Origin: an uncultured Flavobacteriaceae bacterium
GTDB lineage: Bacteria; Bacteroidota; Bacteroidia; Flavobacteriales; Flavobacteriaceae
Assembly (NCBI GenBank): GCA_937924845.1
Contig: CALDUQ010000042.1
Span: 15,184 to 79,183 of the forward strand
Length of the DNA stretch: 64,000 nucleotides
Direction of reading: 5' to 3'
Below are positions 17,094 to 27,885 of the stretch, in pieces. Under the pieces are notes generated by a model. That model was not told where the DNA came from, did no database searches, and saw only the letters and a list, made by a program, of their open reading frames with translations. Numbering within the stretch: position 1 is the stretch's first letter; each line of letters begins with the position of its first letter. The translations under genes and the position numbers were made by a program.

Positions 17094-19283
17094 TTATGCC
17101 TCTACTAAATAAAAATCTAAGTGACGTTTTAATAAATTGGCATCTTTTACTTTTACCAATACTTCATCACCAAGACGATACATATTTTTGCTTTCTTTAC
17201 CTACCAAGGCATATTCATCTTTGTCAAAAGCATAAAAATCATCTTTTATATCTCTTATACTCACCATGCCTTCGCATTTATTTTCAATAATTTCGATATA
17301 GATACCCCAATCGGTAACTCCAGAAATTACGCCTTTAAATTCTTGATCATTATGATCTTGCATGTATTTTATTTGCATGTATTTTATAGAGTCACGTTCG
17401 GCTTTAGTTGCTAAACTTTCCATATAGGATGAATGTTTACATTTATCTTCAAATACAGCTGCATCAGCAGTTTTACCTTTATCTAAATAATGTTGTAGTA
17501 AACGGTGTACCATTACATCAGGATAACGACGTATTGGTGATGTAAAGTGGCTATAATAATCAAATGCTAACCCATAATGCCCAATATTATTGGTGGTATA
17601 CTCTGCCTTACTCATAGTACGTATGGCTAGTGTGTCTACCATATTTTGCTCTCTGGTACCATCAACTGCTTTTAATAACTGGTTTAATGATGTACTAGTT
17701 GATTTTTTGTCAGTTAAATTTAATTTATATCCAAAACGAGATACAATATTTTGAAGTGTGGCTAATTTTTCTTGATTTGGTTCGTCATGCACACGATAAA
17801 TAAATGTTTTTTTAGGCGATTGCGAACCTATAAATTTTGCGACTTTACGGTTAGCTAAAAGCATAAATTCTTCAATTAATTTATTAGCATCTTTACTGGT
17901 TTTAAAAAATACACCTACTGGGTTGGCTTGTTCATCAAGGTTAAATTTAACTTCAACTTTATCAAATGACAAAGCACCATCGCCCATACGCTTATGGCGC
18001 ATAATTTTGGCTAATTTATCTAATGTTAAAATGGCTTTTGCAATAGCAGGATCAACAGGATAGGCTTTATCTGTTATTGATATATCCGCAGGCATAGTAA
18101 CGGTTTCACTTTCTTGTTCAATAACATGTTGTGCTTCTTCGTAAGCAAAACGAGCGTCACTATAAGTTACTGTTCGACCAAACCACTGGTTTTTTATTTG
18201 TGCTTTTGAGTTAATTTCAAAAACGGCAGAGAAGGTATATTTTTCTTCGTGCGGACGTAGTGAACAAGCATTATTTGATAATACTTCAGGTAACATTGGT
18301 ACTACTCTATCTACTAAGTAAACCGATGTGGCACGCTGGTAAGCTTCATCATCTAATAAAGTACCTTCTTTTACATAATGCGATACATCGGCAATATGTA
18401 TACCGACTTCAAAATTACCATTTTCTAAAACTTGAAATGACAGCGCATCATCAAAATCTTTAGCATCTTTTGGGTCGATGGTAAAGGTTAACACGTCACG
18501 CATGTCTCGACGATTTTTAATTTCATCGGGTTGTATAGAGGTATCTAAATTGTTGGCATAGGCTTCAACCTCATGCGGAAATTCATGTGGTAAACCGTAC
18601 TCGGCAAGTATAGCGTGTATTTCGGTATTATGCTCGCCAGCTTTACCTAATACTTGTTTTACAGTGCCAAAAGGCGAATCGGCTTTATCGGGCCATTCAT
18701 CAAGGGTTACTAATACTTTATCACCGTCTTCGGCTTTATTTATTTTTTTTAATGGTACAAAAATATCTGTACTCATTTTATTTGAATCGGGAACTACAAA
18801 GGCGTAATTTTTATGTACTTGTATCACCCCAACATATTCGCTTTTAGCTCGTTTTATAATACTGGTAATTTCACCTTCAAGCTTTCCGCGTTTACGTCGG
18901 TTAAAAATATATAATTCTACTTCATCACCATTAAGAGCATGCTTTGTATTATTTGCAGCAACGTAAATATCGTCTTCAAATCCTTCAACAATAACATAGC
19001 CACTACCCTTTTTGGTAGCATCAAATATACCTGTGTGATACTCGGAGCTAATTACTATTTTATATTTACCTCTATCAACTTGCTCAATATCACCTTTTAT
19101 GGCTAGTTTATTAAGACTTTTTATAATTTGGTTACGACTACTTGCATCTGTTAGGTTTAACTTAGAGGCAATTTGTTTGTAGTTAAAGTTTTGTGTTTTG
19201 TGTTTTCTTAAAATATCTAAAATAGTATTTGTAAGATTTGACCCTCTTTTTTTTGAAGGTATTTTGTTTTTCTTTTTTGTCAT
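17094..19283 (-). CDS. rnr: ribonuclease R
   Basis: 729 aa. N-terminal winged-helix region, RNB catalytic core (..FTIDPKDAKDFDDALS.., ..HYGLAFDYYSHFTSPIRRYPD..), and a C-terminal S1 domain (FKGVISGVTDWGIYIEI). Confidence 0.92.
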   Translation of the reverse strand: MTKKKNKIPSKKRGSNLTNTILDILRKHKTQNFNYKQIASKLNLTDASSRNQIIKSLNKLAIKGDIEQVDRGKYKIVISSEYHTGIFDATKKGSGYVIVEGFEDDIYVAANNTKHALNGDEVELYIFNRRKRGKLEGEITSIIKRAKSEYVGVIQVHKNYAFVVPDSNKMSTDIFVPLKKINKAEDGDKVLVTLDEWPDKADSPFGTVKQVLGKAGEHNTEIHAILAEYGLPHEFPHEVEAYANNLDTSIQPDEIKNRRDMRDVLTFTIDPKDAKDFDDALSFQVLENGNFEVGIHIADVSHYVKEGTLLDDEAYQRATSVYLVDRVVPMLPEVLSNNACSLRPHEEKYTFSAVFEINSKAQIKNQWFGRTVTYSDARFAYEEAQHVIEQESETVTMPADISITDKAYPVDPAIAKAILTLDKLAKIMRHKRMGDGALSFDKVEVKFNLDEQANPVGVFFKTSKDANKLIEEFMLLANRKVAKFIGSQSPKKTFIYRVHDEPNQEKLATLQNIVSRFGYKLNLTDKKSTSTSLNQLLKAVDGTREQNMVDTLAIRTMSKAEYTTNNIGHYGLAFDYYSHFTSPIRRYPDVMVHRLLQHYLDKGKTADAAVFEDKCKHSSYMESLATKAERDSIKYMQIKYMQDHNDQEFKGVISGVTDWGIYIEIIENKCEGMVSIRDIKDDFYAFDKDEYALVGKESKNMYRLGDEVLVKVKDANLLKRHLDFYLVEA

Positions 19284-19916
19284 TTATAAATGAATTGTTT
19301 TCTGTAGAAAACAGTTAAGTTAATTAATTTTAAAATCGAATAATAAGGTTCGGGTTGAACAAAATTTATAGCGGGAAGAAATTTTATATTTTTCAATTTA
19401 AAACAAATTTACGTTTTTAAATTTAAATCGATAATTTTTAATGTTATTCACATATATATTATATATAATTATTTTTCTTTTAAAATTTAAAAAAACAATA
19501 ATGGTTATTATTGCTTGTTAATAACGGTATAAAATAATGCTGATTAGCTTTGATATGTCATTGTTTACATGTAATAATACCTACTATTAACATTATTTAG
19601 TTTTATAATTAATTGATTTATATAGTTATAGTGTATTTAATTAACAGTTGTTAATAACTCAAAAACTAATGTTAAGTTTAATAACTTTAAAACTAATTGA
19701 TGTTTACAAACTCAATTTTATACATCATAACTTGAAGATTGTTTGCAATAAATATTTTAGGATTATAAAAATTAAAATGTGTATTGAAATTTTATTTTTA
19801 AAAACAAAAAATAGTTTTAAAAAAATGCGATTAGATATTAACAATATATACAATTGTAATTAACAATTTTAATTACTTTGTAATAGTTGTAAATTTATAC
19901 CCTAAAAATAACATTT

Positions 19917-20351
19917 ATGAAAATTGCTATTGGTAATGATCACGCAGGTACAGCGTATAAATTTGAAATTATAAAGCATCTAGAAGCTAAAGGATTTGAA
20001 ATAACAAATTATGGTACCAATACTAATGATAGTGTTGATTATCCTGATTTTGTGCATCCAGTTGCTAAAGATGTGGTTAATACTACTGCAAATTTCGGAA
20101 TTTTAATTTGCGGAAGTGCAAATGGCGTTGCCATGACTGCTAATAAATATCAACATATTAGAGCAGGTATTTGTTGGACTAATGAGATAACGCAATTAAT
20201 TCGTCAGCATAATAATGCAAATATTATTTGTATACCAGCAAGATATACCGCTATACCACAAGCTATACAAATGGTTGATACATTTTTAAATACGCCTTTT
20301 GAAGGCGGAAGACACCAAAATCGAATTGATAAAATGTCAGTATCATGTTAA
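19917..20351 (+). CDS. rpiB: ribose 5-phosphate isomerase B
   Basis: MKIAIGNDHAG...GILICGSANGVAMTANKY..IRAG is the RpiB/LacAB family signature. 144 aa. Confidence 0.9.
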   Translation: MKIAIGNDHAGTAYKFEIIKHLEAKGFEITNYGTNTNDSVDYPDFVHPVAKDVVNTTANFGILICGSANGVAMTANKYQHIRAGICWTNEITQLIRQHNNANIICIPARYTAIPQAIQMVDTFLNTPFEGGRHQNRIDKMSVSC

Positions 20352-20794
20352 CAACGGTGGTAAAATCTTTTGGAGAACTAACTTTAACAGAGTTATACCA
20401 AATATTACAACTGCGAAGTGAAGTTTTTGTACTTGAACAAAATTGTGTATACCAGGATGTTGATGGTAAAGACCAAAACGCACTGCATATATTAGGATAT
20501 AAACATAATAAAATTGTAGCCTATACACGTATTTTTAAAAGTGGCGATTATTTTAAAGCCTCAAGTATAGGTCGCGTAGTGGTAGCACAACAAGAGCGTA
20601 AACATAAATATGGTTATGATATTATGAAAGCCTCTATTATAGCTATACAACAATATTTTACCAACGAAACTAAAATTACCATATCGGCACAGCAATATTT
20701 AGAGAAATTTTATAAAAATTTAAATTTTAATACTGTAGGAACTTCATACCTTGAAGACGGTATACCACACATTGAAATGGAATATTATTATTAG
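20345..20794 (+). CDS. GNAT family N-acetyltransferase (ElaA-like)
   Basis: ..LTLTELYQILQLRSEVFVLEQNCVYQDVDGKDQNALHILGY.. is ElaA-like. Its ATG overlaps the rpiB stop (ATGTTAA), which suggests translational coupling. Confidence 0.75.
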   Translation: MLTTVVKSFGELTLTELYQILQLRSEVFVLEQNCVYQDVDGKDQNALHILGYKHNKIVAYTRIFKSGDYFKASSIGRVVVAQQERKHKYGYDIMKASIIAIQQYFTNETKITISAQQYLEKFYKNLNFNTVGTSYLEDGIPHIEMEYYY

Positions 20795-20842
20795 TAATAC
20801 TGTATTGGTATAAATTTTGATACTACTACTAAAACACAACTA

Positions 20843-21382
20843 ATGAAATATATTAACTACTGTTTACTACTATTGTTAATAACCTCATGTACCCCTTTAA
20901 AAATAGCTCCTAGTATAGAAGATTACAAAATTATAAAAGGCAACAAGTTTAAACGAAAATTTGTAAAAGACTATACTTACATTTTTAATGACCCAAAACC
21001 GCAAGACCAATTTTATAATTTTATAAATGCTAAGTTTAACAAAGGTGGTATAAATGTAGCATATAATACAGAAGTTATTATAAATGGCAGTAAATTTTAT
21101 ATATCATTTTATGAGCCAGGAAAATCTAGCGTAAGCTTAAATTTTGCACCAATGTTAATTGATTTAGCTTTAACAGCACAAAATATTGATATGCCTTTAG
21201 AGCAATACTACAGCTCAAAAAGTGATAAATGGTACATTGCATTTACTGTTTTTGATGCTAATTTTAATGATGCTTTAAACCCAAATTATATCAACCACAT
21301 ACCTGTTATTACATATTTAAGCCAATTAAAGGAAGAGTATTTAATTACAAATAATTATGCAATGTTACCTTTTAAAAAATAA
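20843..21382 (+). CDS. hypothetical lipoprotein
   Basis: Lipobox LLLLITSC. 179 aa. No recognised domain. Confidence 0.55.
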   Translation: MKYINYCLLLLLITSCTPLKIAPSIEDYKIIKGNKFKRKFVKDYTYIFNDPKPQDQFYNFINAKFNKGGINVAYNTEVIINGSKFYISFYEPGKSSVSLNFAPMLIDLALTAQNIDMPLEQYYSSKSDKWYIAFTVFDANFNDALNPNYINHIPVITYLSQLKEEYLITNNYAMLPFKK

Positions 21383-21444
21383 AAATTCAATTAATTAATA
21401 CTCTAGCTAATTAATTACCTTTGTAGGTTATATAAATACTGTTC

Positions 21445-23844
21445 ATGGCAAAATTATTACCAACGGCAAATTTTTGGAAATCACTAGCAAGCTTAATACT
21501 TAGAAACAGGCTTGCCATAGTTATTGGTATTATAGCAATATCAATAGGTTTTGGATTACAATGGCATAAAATGAGGTTTACTTATACTGAAGCTAATTTG
21601 TTACCCGATAGCCATGAGGTAAATATAAAATACAATGCCTTTTTAAAAACCTTTGGTGAAGAGGGTAACCTTATCATTTTTGGTGTTAAAGATGAGGCTT
21701 TATTTACCATAGAAAACTTAAATAAATGGAATAATTTTAACCAAAGTTTTAAAGCATTTGATGAGGTAGAAAGTGTTATATCTATAAAAGATTTACAAAA
21801 ATTAATAAAAAACAAAAAAGAAAAACGATTTGATTTAGAACCATTTATTAAAGATTCAATTACATCCATACAGCAAATTGAAACCTTACAAGATGAGCTT
21901 TTTAAACAATATCCGTTTTATGATAATTTTTTATTTAATAAAGATACCAAAACCATCCGATCGGCATTATATCTTAAAAAAGATATTGTAAACACCCCTG
22001 CTCGTCGCGATTTTATTGTAAATCATTTAATACCTAAAATAAAAACCTTCGAAACCCAAACAGGTTTAGATGTTCGCGTGTCGGGTATGCCTTACATACG
22101 TACTTTAAATTCTCAAAATATTATTGATGAAATTGGCATTTTTGTTGGGTTAGCTTTATTAGTCACCTCGTTTATATTTTTCTTTTTCTTTAGGTCATTT
22201 CGTGCAACTTTCATATCAATGTTAGTGGTACTTATTGGTGTCATGTGGACTTTTGGTATTTTAGGACTTTTAGAATATGAAATTACAGTACTTACAGCAC
22301 TTATACCACCATTAATTATTGTAATAGGTATACCAAACTGTATTTTCTTAATCAATAAATACCAACACGAGGTTAATTTACATGGTAACCAAGCCTTATC
22401 ATTACAACGTGTAATTACCAAAGTAGGTAACGCTACTTTAATGACTAATATCACCACAGCATCTGGTTTTGCAACCTTTATAATTACCGAGAGTAAATTA
22501 TTAAAAGAGTTTGGTATAGTAGCCTCATTAAGTATTATAGCCATATTTATTTTAGCATTGTTAATCATACCAATTATTTACAGTGTGATGCCAAAGCCAA
22601 AACCAAAGCATTTACAACACTTAAAAAAACGCTGGATAAACACTTTTGTTGATTGGATGGAGCGCATGGTAAAACAACGTAAAATTGCCATTTACTCAAT
22701 ATCATTAATATTGTTAATAACCAGTATTATAGGTATTTATCAAATAAAAATTTCGGGCAGTTTGATTGAGGATATGCCTCAAAAAACACAATTTTTTAAA
22801 GATATTCGGTTTTTTGAGCAAGAATTTAATGGTATTATGCCGTTGGAAATTATGATAGATACCAAGCGTAAAAAAGGCGTTATGAAGTTATCAACACTCA
22901 AACGAATGAACCAGCTTGAAGATTTGATAATTGAAATTCCCGAACTTTCAAAACCCGTTTCGGTAGTAAGTTTAGTAAAATACTCCAAACAAGCTTACTA
23001 TAACGGTAACCCAAAATACTATCAGTTACCAACTGCACAAGAAAAAAACTTTATCCTTTCTTATGCTAAAACATCATCATCAAACATCGATTTGTTAAAC
23101 AATTTTGTAGATAGCACAGGGCAATACGCCCGTATTACCACATTTATGAAAGATGTTGGTAATGATAAAATGGAGGAAATTGAAACCGCTATCAGAAAAA
23201 AAATAGCAAAAGTATTACCAAGTGATAAGTTTGACGTTTCGCTAACAGGTAAAGCCTATTTATTTCAAAAAGGGACCAAATATTTAATAAACAATTTATT
23301 ACTATCACTATCCTTAGCCGTATTTTTAATATCCTTGTTTATGGCATATATGTTTAGATCGTTACGAATGATAATTGTATCGCTAATTCCAAACCTATTG
23401 CCATTGTTAATAACTGCCGGATTAATGGGCTATTTGGGCGTGCCAATAAAACCATCAACAATTTTGGTATTTAGTATTGCCTTCGGAATATCGGTCGATG
23501 ATACCATTCACTTTTTAGCAAAGTACAGACAAGAATTAATTGCCAATAATTGGAAAATTAAAAAATCGGTATATGCCGCTTTACGCGAAACAGGCGTAAG
23601 TATGTTTTATACCTCAATAGTATTGTTTTTTGGGTTTTCGGTATTTGTAATATCAAGTTTTGGTGGCACCGTAGCTTTAGGCGCATTAGTATCGGCAACC
23701 TTATTATTTGCAATGTTGGCTAACTTATTAGTATTACCATCATTACTATTATCGTTAGAGCGAAGTATCGCCAATAAAAAAGTATTAAAAGAACCAAATT
23801 TTAAAATTATTCCCGAAGAGGATAAAAACAAAGAAAAAAAATAA
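21445..23844 (+). CDS. MMPL/RND-superfamily transporter
   Basis: 799 aa with two repeats, each a large extracytoplasmic loop followed by five or six TM helices. The second repeat includes ..AFGISVDDTIHFLAKYRQEL. Confidence 0.8.
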   Translation: MAKLLPTANFWKSLASLILRNRLAIVIGIIAISIGFGLQWHKMRFTYTEANLLPDSHEVNIKYNAFLKTFGEEGNLIIFGVKDEALFTIENLNKWNNFNQSFKAFDEVESVISIKDLQKLIKNKKEKRFDLEPFIKDSITSIQQIETLQDELFKQYPFYDNFLFNKDTKTIRSALYLKKDIVNTPARRDFIVNHLIPKIKTFETQTGLDVRVSGMPYIRTLNSQNIIDEIGIFVGLALLVTSFIFFFFFRSFRATFISMLVVLIGVMWTFGILGLLEYEITVLTALIPPLIIVIGIPNCIFLINKYQHEVNLHGNQALSLQRVITKVGNATLMTNITTASGFATFIITESKLLKEFGIVASLSIIAIFILALLIIPIIYSVMPKPKPKHLQHLKKRWINTFVDWMERMVKQRKIAIYSISLILLITSIIGIYQIKISGSLIEDMPQKTQFFKDIRFFEQEFNGIMPLEIMIDTKRKKGVMKLSTLKRMNQLEDLIIEIPELSKPVSVVSLVKYSKQAYYNGNPKYYQLPTAQEKNFILSYAKTSSSNIDLLNNFVDSTGQYARITTFMKDVGNDKMEEIETAIRKKIAKVLPSDKFDVSLTGKAYLFQKGTKYLINNLLLSLSLAVFLISLFMAYMFRSLRMIIVSLIPNLLPLLITAGLMGYLGVPIKPSTILVFSIAFGISVDDTIHFLAKYRQELIANNWKIKKSVYAALRETGVSMFYTSIVLFFGFSVFVISSFGGTVALGALVSATLLFAMLANLLVLPSLLLSLERSIANKKVLKEPNFKIIPEEDKNKEKK

Positions 23845-23893
23845 CATTGAAATATTACCTTTGTTAAAAACAAATAGAAATAAAAAAATACGA

Positions 23894-24319
23894 ATGAAAA
23901 AATTAATATTTTTATTATTAACATCAATATCTTTTAGCGCTACTGCCCAAATAAATATTAATGATTTTGATGATGCTAAGATTTATTTTGACGGACTTTT
24001 TGATGGACAATCAAACCTTGATGATTACGGTAATACATATATAGATATGGGTTCAGCTTCAGCTGGTAGAGTTTTTGTTAGAATTACTGATGTTGATTTA
24101 TACCAAGAAGAAAGAAAAGAAGAACCGGGTTGTGCTGATATATGTTCCCCACGAATAATTATAACTTTTAAATGTAAAAAATCTAATTGTGTTAGAGATC
24201 CTTTAATTAATAATGATTTTTATGAATCAGGTGTTATTGCTTTTTATGATATAAAAAAGGGAAAAAAAGCATTTGAATATTTAATAAATCTTAAAGAATT
24301 TTTCAGAAAAGAGATATAA
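23894..24319 (+). CDS. hypothetical exported protein
   Basis: Start placed at MKKLIFLLLTSISFSATAQ (signal peptide). Cys-rich middle (CADICSP..FKCKKSNC). Confidence 0.5.
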   Translation: MKKLIFLLLTSISFSATAQININDFDDAKIYFDGLFDGQSNLDDYGNTYIDMGSASAGRVFVRITDVDLYQEERKEEPGCADICSPRIIITFKCKKSNCVRDPLINNDFYESGVIAFYDIKKGKKAFEYLINLKEFFRKEI

Positions 24320-24359
24320 TAACACACATAATCACTAATAAAATAAACTAAATATACAG

Positions 24360-25790
24360 ATGAAACTTACAGTATCTCAATTATTATCTTCAGATAAAAA
24401 AGATATAGATATACAGGTAAACGGTTGGGTACGTACCTTTAGGGCTAACCGATTTATTGCCTTAAACGATGGGTCTACTATAAATAATATACAATGTGTT
24501 ATTGATTTTGAAAACACAAACCCCGATACCTTAAAACGAATCACTACAGGTGCTGCCGTATTAATTTCGGGTACTTTAGTAGCAAGTCAAGGTAAAGGGC
24601 AGTCTTTAGAAATACAGGCTTCTAATATTGAAATTTTAGGAGACTCTGATCCCGAAACTTACCCAATTCAGCCAAAAAAACACTCGTTTGAGTTTTTAAG
24701 AGAAAATGCACATTTACGCACACGTACCAATACCTTTAGTGCAGTAATGCGTTTACGCTCATCATTATCATTTGCCGTACATAAATATTTTACTGAAAAT
24801 GGTTTTTATAACATGCACACACCAATTATTACGGGTAGTGATGCCGAGGGCGCTGGCGAAATGTTTCGCGTAAGCACATTAGATCAAAAAAACCCGCCAT
24901 TAACAGAGGCTGGTGATATTGATCACACCCAAAACTTTTTTGGTAAAGACACCAATCTTACCGTTTCTGGTCAATTAGAGGCCGAAACCTATGCCATGTC
25001 ATTAGGAAAAGTATACACGTTTGGACCAACTTTTAGAGCCGAAAATTCTAACACCTCAAGACACTTATCAGAGTTTTGGATGATTGAGCCAGAAGTTGCT
25101 TTTATGGATTTGGCTGGTAATATGGATTTGGCAGAAAGTTTTATGAAATCGGTAATTAGTTATGTTTTAGAGCATAATAAAGACGATATTCAGTTTTTAG
25201 AAAACCGTTTAATTCAAGAAGATAAAAGCAAACCACAAGCCGAACGTAGTGAAATGACACTTACCGAAAAGCTAAACTTTGTGGTCGACAACAATTTTAA
25301 ACGTGTAAGTTATACCGAGGCTATTGATATTTTAAGAAATTGTAAGCCAAACAAAAAGAAAAAATTTAAATACCTTATTAACGAGTGGGGTGCCGATTTA
25401 CAAAGTGAGCACGAACGCTTTTTAGTAGAAAAACACTTTAAATGCCCAGTAATTTTATTTGATTACCCAGCAAATATTAAAGCGTTTTACATGCGTTTAA
25501 ACGAAGACGGAAAAACCGTACGTGCCATGGACATTTTATTTCCAGGTATTGGCGAAATTGTTGGCGGCTCACAACGTGAAGAACGTTTAGATGTATTAAA
25601 AGAAAAAATGGCAGCACTTAACATTCCTGAAGAAGAACTTTGGTGGTACCTCGACCTACGTAAGTATGGTACAGCAGTACACTCTGGTTTTGGCTTAGGT
25701 TTTGAGCGTTTGGTTATGTTTGCAACAGGGATGAGTAATATTCGTGACGTTATACCTTACCCACGCACACCACAAAATGCCGAATTTTAA
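24360..25790 (+). CDS. asnS: asparagine--tRNA ligase
   Basis: N-terminal OB anticodon-binding domain. Class II motif 2 FRAENSNTSRHLSEFWMIEPE. Motif 3 ..GFGLGFERLVMF. Confidence 0.93.
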   Translation: MKLTVSQLLSSDKKDIDIQVNGWVRTFRANRFIALNDGSTINNIQCVIDFENTNPDTLKRITTGAAVLISGTLVASQGKGQSLEIQASNIEILGDSDPETYPIQPKKHSFEFLRENAHLRTRTNTFSAVMRLRSSLSFAVHKYFTENGFYNMHTPIITGSDAEGAGEMFRVSTLDQKNPPLTEAGDIDHTQNFFGKDTNLTVSGQLEAETYAMSLGKVYTFGPTFRAENSNTSRHLSEFWMIEPEVAFMDLAGNMDLAESFMKSVISYVLEHNKDDIQFLENRLIQEDKSKPQAERSEMTLTEKLNFVVDNNFKRVSYTEAIDILRNCKPNKKKKFKYLINEWGADLQSEHERFLVEKHFKCPVILFDYPANIKAFYMRLNEDGKTVRAMDILFPGIGEIVGGSQREERLDVLKEKMAALNIPEEELWWYLDLRKYGTAVHSGFGLGFERLVMFATGMSNIRDVIPYPRTPQNAEF

Positions 25791-25813
25791 TTAGTAAAAA
25801 TCAATTTTAATCA

Positions 25814-27271
25814 ATGCTTAAACAGTATTTACAGTTTAAATTATCACAAAAGCTATCGCCACAGCAAATACAGCTCATGAAGCTAATACAATTGCCTACG
25901 CAAGCATTTGAGCAACGATTAAAACAAGAAATTGAAGAAAACCCAGCCTTAGAAAAAGGCAAAGAAACTACAGAAGAGTTTGATGATACGTTTGATAACT
26001 CTTCTGATGAGTTTAATGATAATGAAACCATTGCAGCCGATGAAATTAACATCGACGATTATTTAAGCGATGACGAAATTCCCGAATACCGCTTACAAGC
26101 CAATAACTACAGTGTTGATGACGATGATAAAACGGTACCTTATGCCTCCGGAATATCTTTTACGCAACATTTAACAAACCAATTAAGTACGTTTAGGCTA
26201 AATGACGACGAGCTTAAAATAGCCCAGTTTTTAGTAGGCAGCGTTGATGAAAGCGGTTATATAAGGCGCGCATTAACCGATATTACCGACGATTTAGCAT
26301 TTACACAAAATGTTTTTACTACCGAAGAAGCGATAGAAAAAGTATTAAAAACCGTTCAACAACTCGACCCTGCAGGTGTTGGTGCACGTAACTTAAAGGA
26401 GTGTTTATTAATACAACTAACTCGTAAAACACAAACGCTAAATGTAGAGTTAGCCATTACTATTATCGAAAAATATTTTGAACAGTTTACTAAAAAACAC
26501 TATCAAAAATTAATTCAAAAATTAGCGATTGATGAGGCACAATTAAAAGATGTAATTTCTGAAATTGAGCGTTTAAACCCAAAACCAGGGAGCTCGTACT
26601 CGGGACATACCAAAATGATAGAACACATCGTTCCCGATTTTACAATTAAAATCACCGAAGGTGAACTTGAGTTAACTTTAAATGGGCGAAACGCTCCTGA
26701 GCTTCATGTATCACGCGAGTATAGCAATATGCTAAAAGGCTATAAAGATGCCAAACAAAAGTCAAAATCTCAAAAAGATGCAGTTTTATTTATAAAACAA
26801 AAACTTGATGGTGCAAAATGGTTTATTGAAGCCATAAAACAAAGACAACAAACACTTTATGTTACCATGGCTGCCATTATGGATTATCAAAAGGATTACT
26901 TTTTATCGGGCGATGAGCGCCAACTAAAACCTATGATACTTAAAGATATTGCCGATACTATAAACATGGATGTATCAACAATATCACGGGTGGCAAATAG
27001 TAAATATGTTGACACCCCTTATGGCACTAAGCTTGTTAAAGAGTTTTTTAGTGAATCTATGAAAAATGACCAAGGCGAAGACGTATCTACCCGAGAAATT
27101 AAAAAAATATTAGAAACTGTTATTGAAGGCGAATCAAAGAAAAAACCATTAACAGATGATAAGTTATCTAAAATATTAAAAGAAAAAGGCTACCCAATTG
27201 CTAGGCGCACCGTTGCAAAATATCGTGAACAATTAGATATTCCTGTGGCTCGATTACGTAAACAAATTTAG
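25814..27271 (+). CDS. rpoN: RNA polymerase sigma-54 factor
   Basis: N-terminal Gln/Leu-rich region, acidic linker, and the C-terminal RpoN box ..GYPIARRTVAKYREQL. Confidence 0.92.
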   Translation: MLKQYLQFKLSQKLSPQQIQLMKLIQLPTQAFEQRLKQEIEENPALEKGKETTEEFDDTFDNSSDEFNDNETIAADEINIDDYLSDDEIPEYRLQANNYSVDDDDKTVPYASGISFTQHLTNQLSTFRLNDDELKIAQFLVGSVDESGYIRRALTDITDDLAFTQNVFTTEEAIEKVLKTVQQLDPAGVGARNLKECLLIQLTRKTQTLNVELAITIIEKYFEQFTKKHYQKLIQKLAIDEAQLKDVISEIERLNPKPGSSYSGHTKMIEHIVPDFTIKITEGELELTLNGRNAPELHVSREYSNMLKGYKDAKQKSKSQKDAVLFIKQKLDGAKWFIEAIKQRQQTLYVTMAAIMDYQKDYFLSGDERQLKPMILKDIADTINMDVSTISRVANSKYVDTPYGTKLVKEFFSESMKNDQGEDVSTREIKKILETVIEGESKKKPLTDDKLSKILKEKGYPIARRTVAKYREQLDIPVARLRKQI

Positions 27272-27272
27272 T

Positions 27273-27875
27273 TTGAATACGTTATTAAAAAGCATATCAT
27301 ATATTTTTCATCCATTATTTATGCCCCTTTTTGGTGTACTATTATATTTTAATATTTCACCAAAATTTTACATTTATCAAGTTATAAACATTAAGCTTTT
27401 AGCATTAATTTTATTAACAATAGTATTACCAATACTTACATTTTTTTTGCTCAAATCATTAAAAATTATAAATAGCTTAGAGTTACATACGCCACGCGAG
27501 CGATTTTTTCCTTTACTAATTAATGGCGTTATATTGCTTATTATTTTAAAACGCGTATTTCCTATTACAGAAATTATAGAACTTTATTACTTCTTTTTAG
27601 GCATTTTAATAGCTGTAACCCTATGTTTAATAACAGTGTTATTTCAAATAAAAGCAAGCATTCATATGATGTTTATATCGGGAGTTTTGTGTTTTATGAT
27701 ACTAATGAGTCAACATTTTAAGGTTAATATTAACATAGGTATAGCATTTTTTTGTATTATTTTGGGCGCTGTGGCAACCTCTAGATTACATTTAAAAGCT
27801 CATACGTTTTTAGAGTTAAGTTTTGGCATATGTATAGGTGCAATACCACAGTTAATTGTATTTAATTATTTGTAA
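27273..27875 (+). CDS. polytopic membrane protein (function unknown; TTG start)
   Basis: 200-aa hydrophobic ORF starting 2 nt after the rpoN stop. The N-terminus ..ISYIFHPLFMPLFG is upstream of the first ATG, so TTG 27273 is the likely start. Confidence 0.5.
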   Translation: MNTLLKSISYIFHPLFMPLFGVLLYFNISPKFYIYQVINIKLLALILLTIVLPILTFFLLKSLKIINSLELHTPRERFFPLLINGVILLIILKRVFPITEIIELYYFFLGILIAVTLCLITVLFQIKASIHMMFISGVLCFMILMSQHFKVNINIGIAFFCIILGAVATSRLHLKAHTFLELSFGICIGAIPQLIVFNYL

Positions 27876-27885
27876 AACTTGCGTT

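Noticed and set aside
17015-17290. 91-aa plus-strand ORF overlapping the terminator and the 3' end of rnr.
   Set aside because: It runs straight through a strong bidirectional terminator and the RNase R S1-domain coding region, and its sequence is nonsense-like.
19648-19863. 71-aa ORF in the rnr-rpiB spacer.
   Set aside because: Its composition (Ile/Lys/Asn/Leu, e.g. KIKMCIEILFLKTKNSFKK) is what AT-rich non-coding DNA yields. It has no promoter or RBS context, and it begins with a non-ATG start in the track.
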